NCBI GenBank assembly: GCA_023705945.1
Contig: BPTM01000196.1
Location: 1 to 19,751 of the forward strand
Source: Candidatus Heimdallarchaeota archaeon
Lineage (GTDB): Archaea > Asgardarchaeota > Heimdallarchaeia > Heimdallarchaeales > Heimdallarchaeaceae
Direction: 5' to 3'
Length of the DNA: 19,751 bases
The notes beneath the pieces are model-generated. The model was not told where the DNA came from, made no database searches, and was given only the letters and a program-made list of their open reading frames with translations. The position numbers were made by a program, and so were the translations under genes. Positions within the stretch are counted from its first letter, which is position 1. The number at the start of each line of letters is the position of its first letter. This document shows positions 1 through 8,146 of the stretch, one piece after another.

Positions 1-2
1 AT

Positions 3-80
3 GCAGATAAACCTTTGAGATGTATGCCTCCAAAATATGACCCAGATGAATGGGCTAAAGATAATACAGATAAATTTTAA
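3..80 (+). CDS. 3' end of a gene truncated by the left window edge (family not assignable)
   Basis: Frame +3 is open from the window edge to TAA at 78-80 (ADKPLRCMPPKYDPDEWAKDNTDKF*). The peptide is not low-complexity and is followed by a T-rich tract and the next gene's TATA-like box. With only 25 codons the support is weak. Confidence 0.3.
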   Translation, partial: ADKPLRCMPPKYDPDEWAKDNTDKF

Positions 81-108
81 ATTTATCTTTTCTCCTTCTT
101 TTGTATAG

Positions 109-118
109 TTTTATATAA
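109..118 (+). promoter_or_regulatory. TATA-box-like element (TTTTATATAA) upstream of the GNAT gene
   Basis: An archaeal TATA-like A/T octamer is centred about 27 nt upstream of ATG 141. No Shine-Dalgarno motif lies between them, which is consistent with a leaderless or very short-leader transcript. Confidence 0.4.
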
Positions 119-140
119 CTACTGAATACAAATACTCGTG

Positions 141-761
141 ATGGAGTATACATTTGATAAACTATTTCGTTTAAGAAAAAATCATCTAAATTCAGCAGCG
201 GAATTGTTTTCGGAAGTATTTTTTGAAGATGTTTTAGCAAAGCAGATGTTTCCAGAAGAGAAGACAAGAAAACAGAAATTATACCATTATTTCAAATTTC
301 GAATAAAGTATGGATTACTCTATGGTGAAGTTTATGCCACGTCATCTCATCTAGAGGGTTTAGCTGTGTGGGTTTACTCTGAAAATGTTGAAATGACAAA
401 TTGGAGAAACACGAGAGCAGGAGGAATTAATCTGTTCCGCAATGTTGGAAGAGATGCTGTTATAAGAATGTCAAAGATTGGTGATTTCACTTTTACCTTA
501 CATAAGAAGTACGCAACATTTCCACATCTTTATCTGGCTCCAATAGGTGTTGATTCGAAATATCAGTGCAAAGGATATGCCAGCAAATTGTTGCGACCTA
601 TGTTTAACAGATTAGATCAAGAAAAACTTCATTGCTTTCTGGAAACTCAAAGTGGGAATAATGTTGATATTTATCTTCATTATGGATTTGAGGTTTTAAA
701 CAAAGCAACTATCCCAGATACAGAAATAGAGCATTGGTTGATGGAAAGACCCCCTGAGTAA
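141..761 (+). CDS. GNAT-family N-acetyltransferase
   Basis: ORF 138-761. I prefer ATG 141 over the adjacent GTG 138. The C-terminal half carries the GNAT acetyl-CoA motif A context (LYLAPIGVDSKYQCKGYASKLLRPMF...CFLETQ...NVDIYLHYGFEV). Confidence 0.75.
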   Translation: MEYTFDKLFRLRKNHLNSAAELFSEVFFEDVLAKQMFPEEKTRKQKLYHYFKFRIKYGLLYGEVYATSSHLEGLAVWVYSENVEMTNWRNTRAGGINLFRNVGRDAVIRMSKIGDFTFTLHKKYATFPHLYLAPIGVDSKYQCKGYASKLLRPMFNRLDQEKLHCFLETQSGNNVDIYLHYGFEVLNKATIPDTEIEHWLMERPPE

Positions 762-778
762 ACCTAATACCTCTCTAT

Positions 779-1192
779 TTATTTTACAAAATGTGTTTCT
801 ACTTCACGAATGACCTTGTTTAGAATTTCTGTTACTGAACTAGCTAATTCTTTAATGCCATCTACATTTACAATACTCATAGCTACATCAGGATTCATTG
901 CTGAAACGACTATTTTCCCTTTTTCATTTTCATAAATAATTACATTACAAGGTAGAAGAGCTCCTATTTCTGGTAAAAGTTCAATTGCTTTATGTGCAAA
1001 TGGTGGATTACAAGCTCCTAGAATTTTGTATGGACGGATATCAACATCAATCTTCTTCTTTAATGTTGCTTGAGCATCTATCTCAGTCAGTATACCAAAT
1101 CCATGTTCAGCAAGTTTACTTCTAGTAACTGTTTCAACTTCATCGAAGCTAGTACGATCTAAATCTAATTCGACTGTAATGACAAGTGACAT
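779..1192 (-). CDS. DUF302-domain protein
   Basis: This 137-aa protein has the typical DUF302 pattern: GFGILTEIDAQATLKKK...YKILGACNPPFAHKAIE...LPCNVIIYE. It has an ATG start, with the A/T-rich element AAATATTTATTT about 25-35 nt upstream. Confidence 0.8.
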   Translation of the reverse strand: MSLVITVELDLDRTSFDEVETVTRSKLAEHGFGILTEIDAQATLKKKIDVDIRPYKILGACNPPFAHKAIELLPEIGALLPCNVIIYENEKGKIVVSAMNPDVAMSIVNVDGIKELASSVTEILNKVIREVETHFVK

Positions 1193-1418
1193 GATCTAGG
1201 ACTCTTATCATTGCAAATAAATATTTACTTTGACTAAAATTCATTCGTAAACTAGAAAGAAATTAGTTATGAGAAACCGAATTTCTACTAATGGGTGAAA
1301 GAATTGGGGAATTCTCTATAGATAGTGATTTATTTTCTCTAAAAGCAATTTTTGTTTCATCTGTTATATTACTAAGAAGAGAACAAAAATTTATTAGTGT
1401 TTTTTCTTTTGCTCTCTC

Positions 1419-2048
1419 ATGTTTGAAAATTTGAAAGATTTTCTTGAAGTAAATTTTCCAAATGTAATTACTCAATTACTAAGAATAATTGAATACCATC
1501 CTGTTGAAAAGACTGTTCTAGACTGCGGAGCAGGAGGAGGAAGACCTCCCTTAGCACTATTTAAAGCTAGAGGCTATCAAACTACAGGAATTGACATTAG
1601 TAAAGAAAGAATTGACATGACGAACCAATTTGCAGAGAAATACAATATTGATTTGAATATCATTGAAGGAGATATGAGAAATATTCCTTTTGAAGACAAT
1701 TCTTTTGGTTGCGTTTTCAGTTTTAATACAATTTTCCATATGAATAAAAAGGATATTGAAAAAGCTATAAAGGAGATGTTAAGGGTTCTAAAACCAGGTG
1801 GCTTACTCTATGTTAATTTCATATGGCATAGAGAAGATATGTCTTATCTAGGAGAAGAGAGAGAACCTGGAGAGTTTTGGTCGGAAATAGAAGGTGAAAA
1901 TACTCTGCACACATGTCACAAGGATAATGAAGCGGAAAAATACTTTGCAAATGCAAAAATCGGTTATAAGGAAAAACGAGAGTTGTATTATAATCTAAGA
2001 GGTAGAGATTTTCAAGATGGTTATTTAGACTATGTTGTTGAGAAGTAA
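1419..2048 (+). CDS. Class I SAM-dependent methyltransferase
   Basis: Motif I is VLDCGAGGGRPPL and the acidic post-I residue lies in GIDIS. Motif II/III context is FGCVFSFNTIFHM ... LKPGGLLYV. The substrate cannot be inferred. Confidence 0.85.
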   Translation: MFENLKDFLEVNFPNVITQLLRIIEYHPVEKTVLDCGAGGGRPPLALFKARGYQTTGIDISKERIDMTNQFAEKYNIDLNIIEGDMRNIPFEDNSFGCVFSFNTIFHMNKKDIEKAIKEMLRVLKPGGLLYVNFIWHREDMSYLGEEREPGEFWSEIEGENTLHTCHKDNEAEKYFANAKIGYKEKRELYYNLRGRDFQDGYLDYVVEK

Positions 2049-2073
2049 TTCAATAGAAAGGAATGAAACTAGG

Positions 2074-2099
2074 ATAACATACATTTCGAGTATTGTTAT
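2074..2099. terminator. Imperfect hairpin between convergent genes, flanked by an oligo-T run on the minus strand
   Basis: ATAACATAC (2074-2082) pairs with GTATTGTTAT (2090-2099), with one bulged T and a 7-nt loop. On the minus strand TTTTTT directly follows the stop of the TIM-barrel gene. The stem is A/T-rich and therefore weak. Confidence 0.3.
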
Positions 2100-2109
2100 T
2101 CGGAAAAAA

Positions 2110-2976
2110 TCATTCAAGAACTTCAGGTACGCTTTTCTTAATATATTCCATAGATTCTAAGGATTCTTGATGACTAAGCTCAAATACTAAAGGTCCTTGG
2201 TAGTTCTTATCTTTTAGTCGTAGTAAAAGTTCTCGAACTGGCAATTTATGCTTACCCAAAGCCTTGTGATCTATCCGTGGATACTCTCCATCGTGAATAT
2301 GAAACTCAATTATTCGGTCATAATAATTTTCTAGAAATTCAATCACACTCATATTGCCTGAAAAACCCGCAAGTAAATGACCAGTATCAAAGCAAATACT
2401 TAGGTCCAGTTGTTGAATAATTGGATACATAAGATCAAAAGGATATTCTATGTTTTCTATTGCCATTTTTCTTGGTTCAATTCCTGTTAATTCTATAGTT
2501 TGTTTGATAGCTTCTGTTGCATGTACTGTAAATTGTTGCATCATCATTTCATGAGCAAATTCTGGAAGGTTCATATTCATAAATTCAACAGTTAAACCAC
2601 CAGTGGGGTGCATAACCCAACAAATAGGGTCTAAGGGTTTAGTTAAGTTGATACAGTTAACGAAAGTCTCAACTGATGCTTTTCTGATTTCAGGAGCAAA
2701 AGCTGCAGGTTCAATTGCCCAAAGTGGAAGATGAACTGAAAATGAGATGTTTTTTTCTTCTTTAATTTTCACCAGCTCTTCTATGATCGCAGGGGTTAAT
2801 ATTCCGGGTAGAACATAAGCTAAGTCTCCTGTAATTTCAATGTGCTTAAAACCAGCATCAATGTTTTTTTTCACTATTTCAACATAATTCAAACGCGATA
2901 AATCTAAATTTCCATCCTTGAATAGTTCAAAAAAATCAGCAAATTCGAAAGGCCTTATACCAAATAACAATCCCAT
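2110..2976 (-). CDS. Sugar-phosphate isomerase/epimerase, xylose-isomerase-like TIM barrel (AP_endonuc_2 fold)
   Basis: Metal-ligand-type motifs sit in the expected order: HLPLW, VMHP, AIENIEYP, CFDTGHLL, EFHIHDGEY, VFELS. The start ATG overlaps the transporter's stop as TAATG (2974-2978). Confidence 0.7.
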   Translation of the reverse strand: MGLLFGIRPFEFADFFELFKDGNLDLSRLNYVEIVKKNIDAGFKHIEITGDLAYVLPGILTPAIIEELVKIKEEKNISFSVHLPLWAIEPAAFAPEIRKASVETFVNCINLTKPLDPICWVMHPTGGLTVEFMNMNLPEFAHEMMMQQFTVHATEAIKQTIELTGIEPRKMAIENIEYPFDLMYPIIQQLDLSICFDTGHLLAGFSGNMSVIEFLENYYDRIIEFHIHDGEYPRIDHKALGKHKLPVRELLLRLKDKNYQGPLVFELSHQESLESMEYIKKSVPEVLE

Positions 2977-4313
2977 TACAACAACTCCTCTTCTTTAACT
3001 TCATTCTTCTTTGCTTTCTTCAACATGAAAGGATCAAAATTTCCCAAAAAAAGTACAGGAATAGACAGCAAAATAAATCCTGCAGCTATTGGTCCCAGCC
3101 ACTGCAGTCCTACACCCGCTAGTGGTTCATTAGGATCATATATCAGTGGTATTATGAGCAAAGCTAATGCTTGGAAGATATTAAGAGGGATAGAATTAAA
3201 ACCTGTATACATTCCAGCTCGTGATTCTTTTGTTAACCTTTCATCTTCGTCGGCCATATCTCCAATAATTGCATATGGAAATAGATATGAAACTGATAAT
3301 CCAATCCCTAGAAGGAACCCAAATAAGTAACCACCAATGTTGTATGGTATTTCCGCAACAAATAGCGTAAAAGGTAACACAACAATAACACAAGCAAAAC
3401 CAATGATAAGACTCCACTTTTTCCCAATTTTCTTGGATAACCTAGTCCAAAAAACAAAACTTACTATCACCATCCCAAACATAAGCACTCCAAAAATGCT
3501 GAAATCTAGAATACCTGATAATCCCATAAAACCCATCAGATCTAGGGTTAAAGAAAGTAAAATTGTTAACCCAATTGAATAGATTCCTTGTGCGATAAAC
3601 CAGATAACATAGTTTTTGTTTTTTAGCACAACTTTGAACTCTCTAAGAATATTCCTTTCTTTTTTCTCAACTTGCCTCTCTTCAATTGTAAGAAGCATTG
3701 GTAGAAACATAATCACTTCAATTACTGCAAAAGCGATTACTGCAAATATGAGAATTGTTCCATAAGAGCTTGATATTCCTTCTTCACCTAAACCTCCAGC
3801 AATAAAGAATACAAAACCTAATCCTACTACAGTTGCAATTAAATTTGAAGTGTTTTGATATCCAGATACATTGACTCTATCCTCTTCAGTAGTAATTTCT
3901 GGCATCCAGGATTGATACGGAGTCAATAGATATCCATAGAAAAGATTAAACAATGAATTCCAAATTAGCAGCCAGACAAATACTGAAGTATTGTTACCAA
4001 TTGGAATGAACATGTGTGGAATGAATAGCATAACAAATGAAACGGCTAATAATGGTGCCCCAGTCCAAATAAATATCTTTCTTCTCCCAAACTTTGAAGA
4101 TGGAAGAATATCTGAGATATATCCAAAAATAAACCCAGAAAAAGCTATGACGATTTTTCCAACAGAATTTCCGATAGCATTTAAATCCTGACTCAATTCA
4201 AAATGGTTTGAATAGATATATACTGTTGCTAATGTTACAACTTGCATAAAAATAGATGTTCCAAATCTACACATTCCATAAAAAATCTTTTGACGATTGC
4301 TTAACATTACCAT
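2976..4313 (-). CDS. GPH/MFS-family sugar:cation symporter (MelB/YicJ-like)
   Basis: This 445-aa protein has about 12 hydrophobic segments. The GPH-like loop motif GYISDILPSSKFGRRK follows TM2, and a central charged loop (EERQVEKKERNILREFK) splits the two halves. Confidence 0.8.
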   Translation of the reverse strand: MVMLSNRQKIFYGMCRFGTSIFMQVVTLATVYIYSNHFELSQDLNAIGNSVGKIVIAFSGFIFGYISDILPSSKFGRRKIFIWTGAPLLAVSFVMLFIPHMFIPIGNNTSVFVWLLIWNSLFNLFYGYLLTPYQSWMPEITTEEDRVNVSGYQNTSNLIATVVGLGFVFFIAGGLGEEGISSSYGTILIFAVIAFAVIEVIMFLPMLLTIEERQVEKKERNILREFKVVLKNKNYVIWFIAQGIYSIGLTILLSLTLDLMGFMGLSGILDFSIFGVLMFGMVIVSFVFWTRLSKKIGKKWSLIIGFACVIVVLPFTLFVAEIPYNIGGYLFGFLLGIGLSVSYLFPYAIIGDMADEDERLTKESRAGMYTGFNSIPLNIFQALALLIIPLIYDPNEPLAGVGLQWLGPIAAGFILLSIPVLFLGNFDPFMLKKAKKNEVKEEELL

Positions 4314-4398
4314 CTAGCTCACTAAAACTGTGCAATTCTACTGATAGTGATTACATAGAATTATTTAAGATTTATGTGAAAAAGAGAAAAATGAGATT

Positions 4399-5394
4399 CT
4401 ACCGCATTTTGTCAGTATATAGATTTGGTTTATAAGTTAATGGCCATTCAGGTTCATTATCTAATACTTGGTTAATTTGTAAAAGAATGTCTTTTGAAAG
4501 TACCACATCAGAAGCTTTAACATTTTCTGTTACATTTTCTGGTTTTGTTGCACCAATAATCGCACATGATATTTCAGAACGTCTTAAGATCCATGCTAAA
4601 GCTAATTGACTCATGGAAATTTCCAATGATTTAGCTATCTCTCCTAGTTTCTTAATTTTTGCAATGTTTTCATCTGTAAGGTTTTTCTTAAGAAATTCAG
4701 ATTTTGAAGCTCTACTACCCTCTGGTATTCCTTCATTGTATTTACCTGTTAAAAGTCCTTGAGCTAATGGAGACCATACTGTAAAACCAATACCATGAGT
4801 CTTTGCGACGGGCATGATTTCCATTTCGATGTGTCTTACAAACATATTGTAAAGAGGTTGTTCAACGGTTGGTTTATGTGCATGAAATTCCTTTGCGATT
4901 GCAACGGCTCTTTCTAACTGTGCAGCAGTCCATACACTTGTACCCCAATAATGTATCTTGCCACTTCTAATTAAATCATCCATGACTTGGACAGTTTCTT
5001 TTAATGGAGTCAAATAGTCATATCTGTGACAGTAGTAGATATCAACATAATCTGTATTCAATCGTTCTAATGTCCCCTCAATTGCGTTCAATACATTTTT
5101 TCTGCCTAATCCCCAATCATTGACGTCTTCTGACATAGGCCAGAACAATTTGCTTGAGATTACGAGCTCTTTTCTGTTAACTGTCTCGTCTTTGAGGAAT
5201 TCAGCTATAACTTTTTCTGCTCCCCCTTTTGCATATATTTCTGCTGAGTCAATGAAATTTATTCCATTTTCAATTGCTTCTGCAATGCATTTTTTGGCTA
5301 TTTCGTCTTCTACTGTACCACCATATGTTAACCAAGAACCAAGAGAGATCTCACTTATTTTAAGACCTGATTTTCCAACTTTTCTAAATTTCAA
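4399..5394 (-). CDS. Aldo-keto reductase (Kv-beta/Tas/YajO-like subgroup)
   Basis: The canonical AKR N-terminus MKFRKVGKSGLKISEISLGSW is present, along with DSAEIY, the catalytic Lys context (ISSKL), YYCHRYD and WSPLAQGLLTGKY. The start is TTG (5392-5394) with AGGAG 9 nt upstream. Confidence 0.9.
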   Translation of the reverse strand: MKFRKVGKSGLKISEISLGSWLTYGGTVEDEIAKKCIAEAIENGINFIDSAEIYAKGGAEKVIAEFLKDETVNRKELVISSKLFWPMSEDVNDWGLGRKNVLNAIEGTLERLNTDYVDIYYCHRYDYLTPLKETVQVMDDLIRSGKIHYWGTSVWTAAQLERAVAIAKEFHAHKPTVEQPLYNMFVRHIEMEIMPVAKTHGIGFTVWSPLAQGLLTGKYNEGIPEGSRASKSEFLKKNLTDENIAKIKKLGEIAKSLEISMSQLALAWILRRSEISCAIIGATKPENVTENVKASDVVLSKDILLQINQVLDNEPEWPLTYKPNLYTDKMR

Positions 5395-5481
5395 TTTTTT
5401 ACTCTCCTATTTTTTTAAGTAACAACTATTATGATATTATAGAAATATTTTATCTTAAATACTGTGGAAAGACAAATTCTT

Positions 5482-5516
5482 AAAAAAAATCTAAGCAAGA
5501 AAAAAAAATAAAAAAA
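5482..5516 (-). terminator. Oligo-T termination tracts downstream of the DUF4234 gene
   Basis: On the minus strand, T7-A-T9 (5500-5516) begins 5 nt after the stop codon at 5522-5524, and a further T8 lies at 5482-5489. Archaeal RNAP terminates intrinsically at oligo-T runs. Confidence 0.5.
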
Positions 5517-5521
5517 TGAGA

Positions 5522-5830
5522 TTATTGTGCTTTCTCATTTAATCCAGATTGAACAACCCATACGGCAGCTGGAGAGAAGATGAGATAAATCAGGAACAAG
5601 ACAATAGCATCCATCTTTTGGGTAGCGATTGCAAAGCCTTCACAATACTTCCAGAACCAATATATGTTCAAGATAGGGATTATAATGAACCAAGCTGTAG
5701 GAACGTTTGCTCCTAACTCGTTCATTTCATTCTTTGTTTTTACCATCCACACTAAGGCATAAATACCAAATGTGATGACTATCAGGATTAAAACCATTAA
5801 GGGATTTCTTTTTTCAACCATGTTAATCAC
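5522..5830 (-). CDS. DUF4234-like small membrane protein
   Basis: The N-terminus KRNPLMVLILIVITFGIYALVWMVKTKNEMNELG matches the DUF4234 pattern, and there are three hydrophobic segments. The track start is GTG 5830. ATG at 5821 (MVEKRNP...) is an equally plausible start. Confidence 0.6.
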   Translation of the reverse strand: MINMVEKRNPLMVLILIVITFGIYALVWMVKTKNEMNELGANVPTAWFIIIPILNIYWFWKYCEGFAIATQKMDAIVLFLIYLIFSPAAVWVVQSGLNEKAQ

Positions 5831-5846
5831 ACAGTATTCACTGAAG

Positions 5847-5857
5847 TTTTATAAAAA
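5847..5857 (-). promoter_or_regulatory. TATA-box-like element (TTTTTATAAAA on the minus strand) for the DUF4234 gene
   Basis: The element is centred about 22-31 nt upstream of the GTG 5830 and ATG 5821 candidate starts, with no SD motif between them. Confidence 0.35.
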
Positions 5858-5989
5858 ACTTTGTATAATTTTTCTCAGTAATTCAAGCAATCACTAATCG
5901 TTTAATTTCTATTAAAAATGAAAAATGTATTCTATATGTAGGCAAAAATTCTTAAGATGCTTATTATAACCTTTACAAGGTGATGTCAT

Positions 5990-7162
5990 TTGGTTCTAGA
6001 ACAAGCTGTTATTGAATTCTTTGAAACTCCAAGGGCTCCTCTTCCCATGAATTTTATCGCAAATGGAGTTTTAGGAGAAAAAACAATCATTGCTGCTATA
6101 AACCCGAGAGCAACTGAAGAAGTTATTAGAGGAATATTAAAAGCAGCAAAACAAACAAATTCTGTTGTGATATTTGAACTTGCATTGAGTGAGATGTCTC
6201 TTAGTGGTGGCTATACAGGATATACCCCTAAAAAATTTGCAGACAGATGCCAATCAGCAGCAGCAAAAGAACAATGGTATGCTTATGCTTTACATGCCGA
6301 TCATTTGACCGTAAAAAAAGGCACAGACGAGGAAATGTCTAATGTGTTGAACGAGATAAGTGCTCGAATTGAAGCAGGTTTTTCAGGATATGCAATTGAT
6401 ACTTCCTTCCTTTTCAACAGAGAGGAAACAACCGTAAGTGGTCAACTGAAGGATATTCTTTCTAAAGGCTTAGTCCTATTTTATTTCTTAAAGGAAAAAA
6501 TGGGTGACAAACCATATGGTTTAGAAGGTGAGGTTGGAGAAATTGGGATCACAGAATTTACTAGTGTTGAAGAAGCATCTCATTATGTTCAGTCCTTAGA
6601 GAAGAGCGGAGTAAAATTAGATTATCTTGCAATAGCAAATGGGTCTACTCATGGTGTCAGCGTTGATGCAAATGGTAAGGTTGTACCTCAATTGGGAATC
6701 AATGTGCAAAGGACAGTAGAAATAGTTGCTGAATTTAAGAAGTTAGGATATAATACTCGAATAGCACAGCATGGCATTACCGGTACTCCAGTCAATGTTA
6801 TTGGATCAACATTTCCACATGGTAATATAGCTAAAGGAAATATAGGTACACATTGGCAGAGGTTAGTTTATAAGATACTTGAAGTAGATGAACCAGAGTT
6901 ATATACAAAGATGAGGAAATGGGTACTTGATACTTATAGTAAACCAGATGTAGATGAGCATACAACTTTTGCTAAAAGCTCGAAATACGCTTGGAAAGAG
7001 TTCTTTGATCAGGTTGAAAATATTAAACCCAGCACAAAAGAATCTATAATTGCTCAAGCTGTGTCTGACATGAATGATTTTATAGAAGCCCTCAAAATGA
7101 AAAACACTGCTAGTTTATGCTATAAATATATAGTAGAAAACAATCTATCAAATACTTATTAG
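5990..7162 (+). CDS. Class II (metal-dependent) fructose/ketose-1,6-bisphosphate aldolase family protein
   Basis: F_bP_aldolase (class II) signatures appear in order: AAINPRATEEVIRGILKAAKQTNSVVIFE, ALHADHL (LHxDH zinc site), LEGEVGEIG, IANGSTHG (GNxHG) and AQHGITGTP (HGgSG). The start is TTG 5990 with AAGGTGA 6 nt upstream. Confidence 0.75.
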   Translation: MVLEQAVIEFFETPRAPLPMNFIANGVLGEKTIIAAINPRATEEVIRGILKAAKQTNSVVIFELALSEMSLSGGYTGYTPKKFADRCQSAAAKEQWYAYALHADHLTVKKGTDEEMSNVLNEISARIEAGFSGYAIDTSFLFNREETTVSGQLKDILSKGLVLFYFLKEKMGDKPYGLEGEVGEIGITEFTSVEEASHYVQSLEKSGVKLDYLAIANGSTHGVSVDANGKVVPQLGINVQRTVEIVAEFKKLGYNTRIAQHGITGTPVNVIGSTFPHGNIAKGNIGTHWQRLVYKILEVDEPELYTKMRKWVLDTYSKPDVDEHTTFAKSSKYAWKEFFDQVENIKPSTKESIIAQAVSDMNDFIEALKMKNTASLCYKYIVENNLSNTY

Positions 7163-7173
7163 GATTTGAATGT

Positions 7174-8091
7174 ATGTCAATAACAAAATATCATACGTTA
7201 GACTCTTATCTGGAAGAACTTGAATCAAAAGAGTTAGGCGATTTACTCAGAGAGCTTATAACTATTAGTTTGGATGTTCCAAAACAGATTCTGACTTTCT
7301 TATTAGGTGAAAATGATTATTCAGGAATTATCAATGTTTCTGGGGATGAACAACTTAGTCTTGATATTGCAACACACGAACTTTTCCTTCAAAGAATGCC
7401 AAATCATCTCTATTCCTTACTACTGGGCGAAGAAACTGATGAAAAAAATATTATGGAAGGAACGGGGAATTATATTATTCTCGGGGATTTTATCGATGGT
7501 TCCTCAATTATAAGAACTAGAAGCCCTGGAGCAATTGTAAACATTATCAATAAAGACGGTTATACTATAGCTGCTTTAACTGTAAGTTATACACTTTACT
7601 TACGATTCGATTTGGCTACTGAACTAGGTTTTATACAATTTATTCATGATGGTGAATCCTTCCGTGTTGTAAGGGATTCCTTAGATATAAGTCCAAGTAA
7701 AAGTCCTGTTTTTGGTCTAGGTGGTAAATATAATGACCATTCTGCAAAACAGAAACTCTTTGTAGATGCTTTAGATATTAAAGGTAAAAACAGATATGGA
7801 GGGTGCATGGTACAAGATATGAATAACGTTTTTGAGAAAACTGGTGTTTTTGGCTATTTTGCCCCTAAACTTAGATTCATCTATGAGATAATCCCCTATC
7901 TCTATATCCTCTCTAAGGTAAATGGCGATGGTTTTTACATTACAGCTGATGGGCATGAAATAAAATATGAAAATATTAATCCACTTGATGTCAAGAAATT
8001 AACACAGATGCATTATCTTCATCAACGAGTAGGATTTGTAGGTGGCTCAAAAGATCTTATTGAGCTCTGGTTCAAAATAGAACAACTATAA
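7174..8091 (+). CDS. fbp: Class I (FBPase/FIG family) fructose-1,6-bisphosphatase-like protein
   Basis: Type I FBPase motifs are present in divergent form. INVSGDEQLSLDIATHE matches N.xGd.q.kLDv.aN. LLGEETDE is the acidic metal site. ILGDFIDGSSII corresponds to vfDPLDGSSNi. RYGGCMVQDMNNVF corresponds to RYvGSMVaDvHR. KLRFIYEIIP corresponds to KLRlLYEanP. An AGGAT SD lies 8 nt upstream, and the gap to the aldolase gene is 11 nt. Confidence 0.75.
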   Translation: MSITKYHTLDSYLEELESKELGDLLRELITISLDVPKQILTFLLGENDYSGIINVSGDEQLSLDIATHELFLQRMPNHLYSLLLGEETDEKNIMEGTGNYIILGDFIDGSSIIRTRSPGAIVNIINKDGYTIAALTVSYTLYLRFDLATELGFIQFIHDGESFRVVRDSLDISPSKSPVFGLGGKYNDHSAKQKLFVDALDIKGKNRYGGCMVQDMNNVFEKTGVFGYFAPKLRFIYEIIPYLYILSKVNGDGFYITADGHEIKYENINPLDVKKLTQMHYLHQRVGFVGGSKDLIELWFKIEQL

Positions 8092-8146
8092 ATTCTATAA
8101 TCCACTTTTCTCTTCTTGTTTATTTTGCAATTCTCCAATAATGCTA

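Noticed and set aside
55-267. A 70-aa minus-strand ORF overlapping the GNAT 5' region. The same class includes 1263-1475, 1557-1739, 5120-5422, 7307-7513, 7771-7956, 8151-8351, 9357-9671, 10687-11022, 11984-12205, 12631-12951, 13005-13202, 14140-14367, 14247-14474 and 17353-17577.
   Set aside because: All overlap better-supported genes in another frame or strand, lack recognisable motifs and have biased low-complexity composition. They are typical spurious ORFs in dense AT-rich DNA.
1291-1434. A 47-codon + strand small ORF (MGERIGEFSIDSDLF...) in the unusually long 226-nt spacer between DUF302 and the methyltransferase.
   Set aside because: It has no SD or TATA at appropriate spacing, overlaps the methyltransferase start in another frame and shows no recognisable motif. 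The spacer is more simply explained as a divergent promoter region. I also saw no tRNA-like or C/D-box (TGATGA...CTGA) pattern there.
3025-4191. Three + strand ORFs (3025-3330, 3337-3582, 3991-4191) antisense to the GPH transporter.
   Set aside because: They are shadow ORFs within a 12-TM transporter gene. They are P/S/I/N-rich and low-complexity with no start context.
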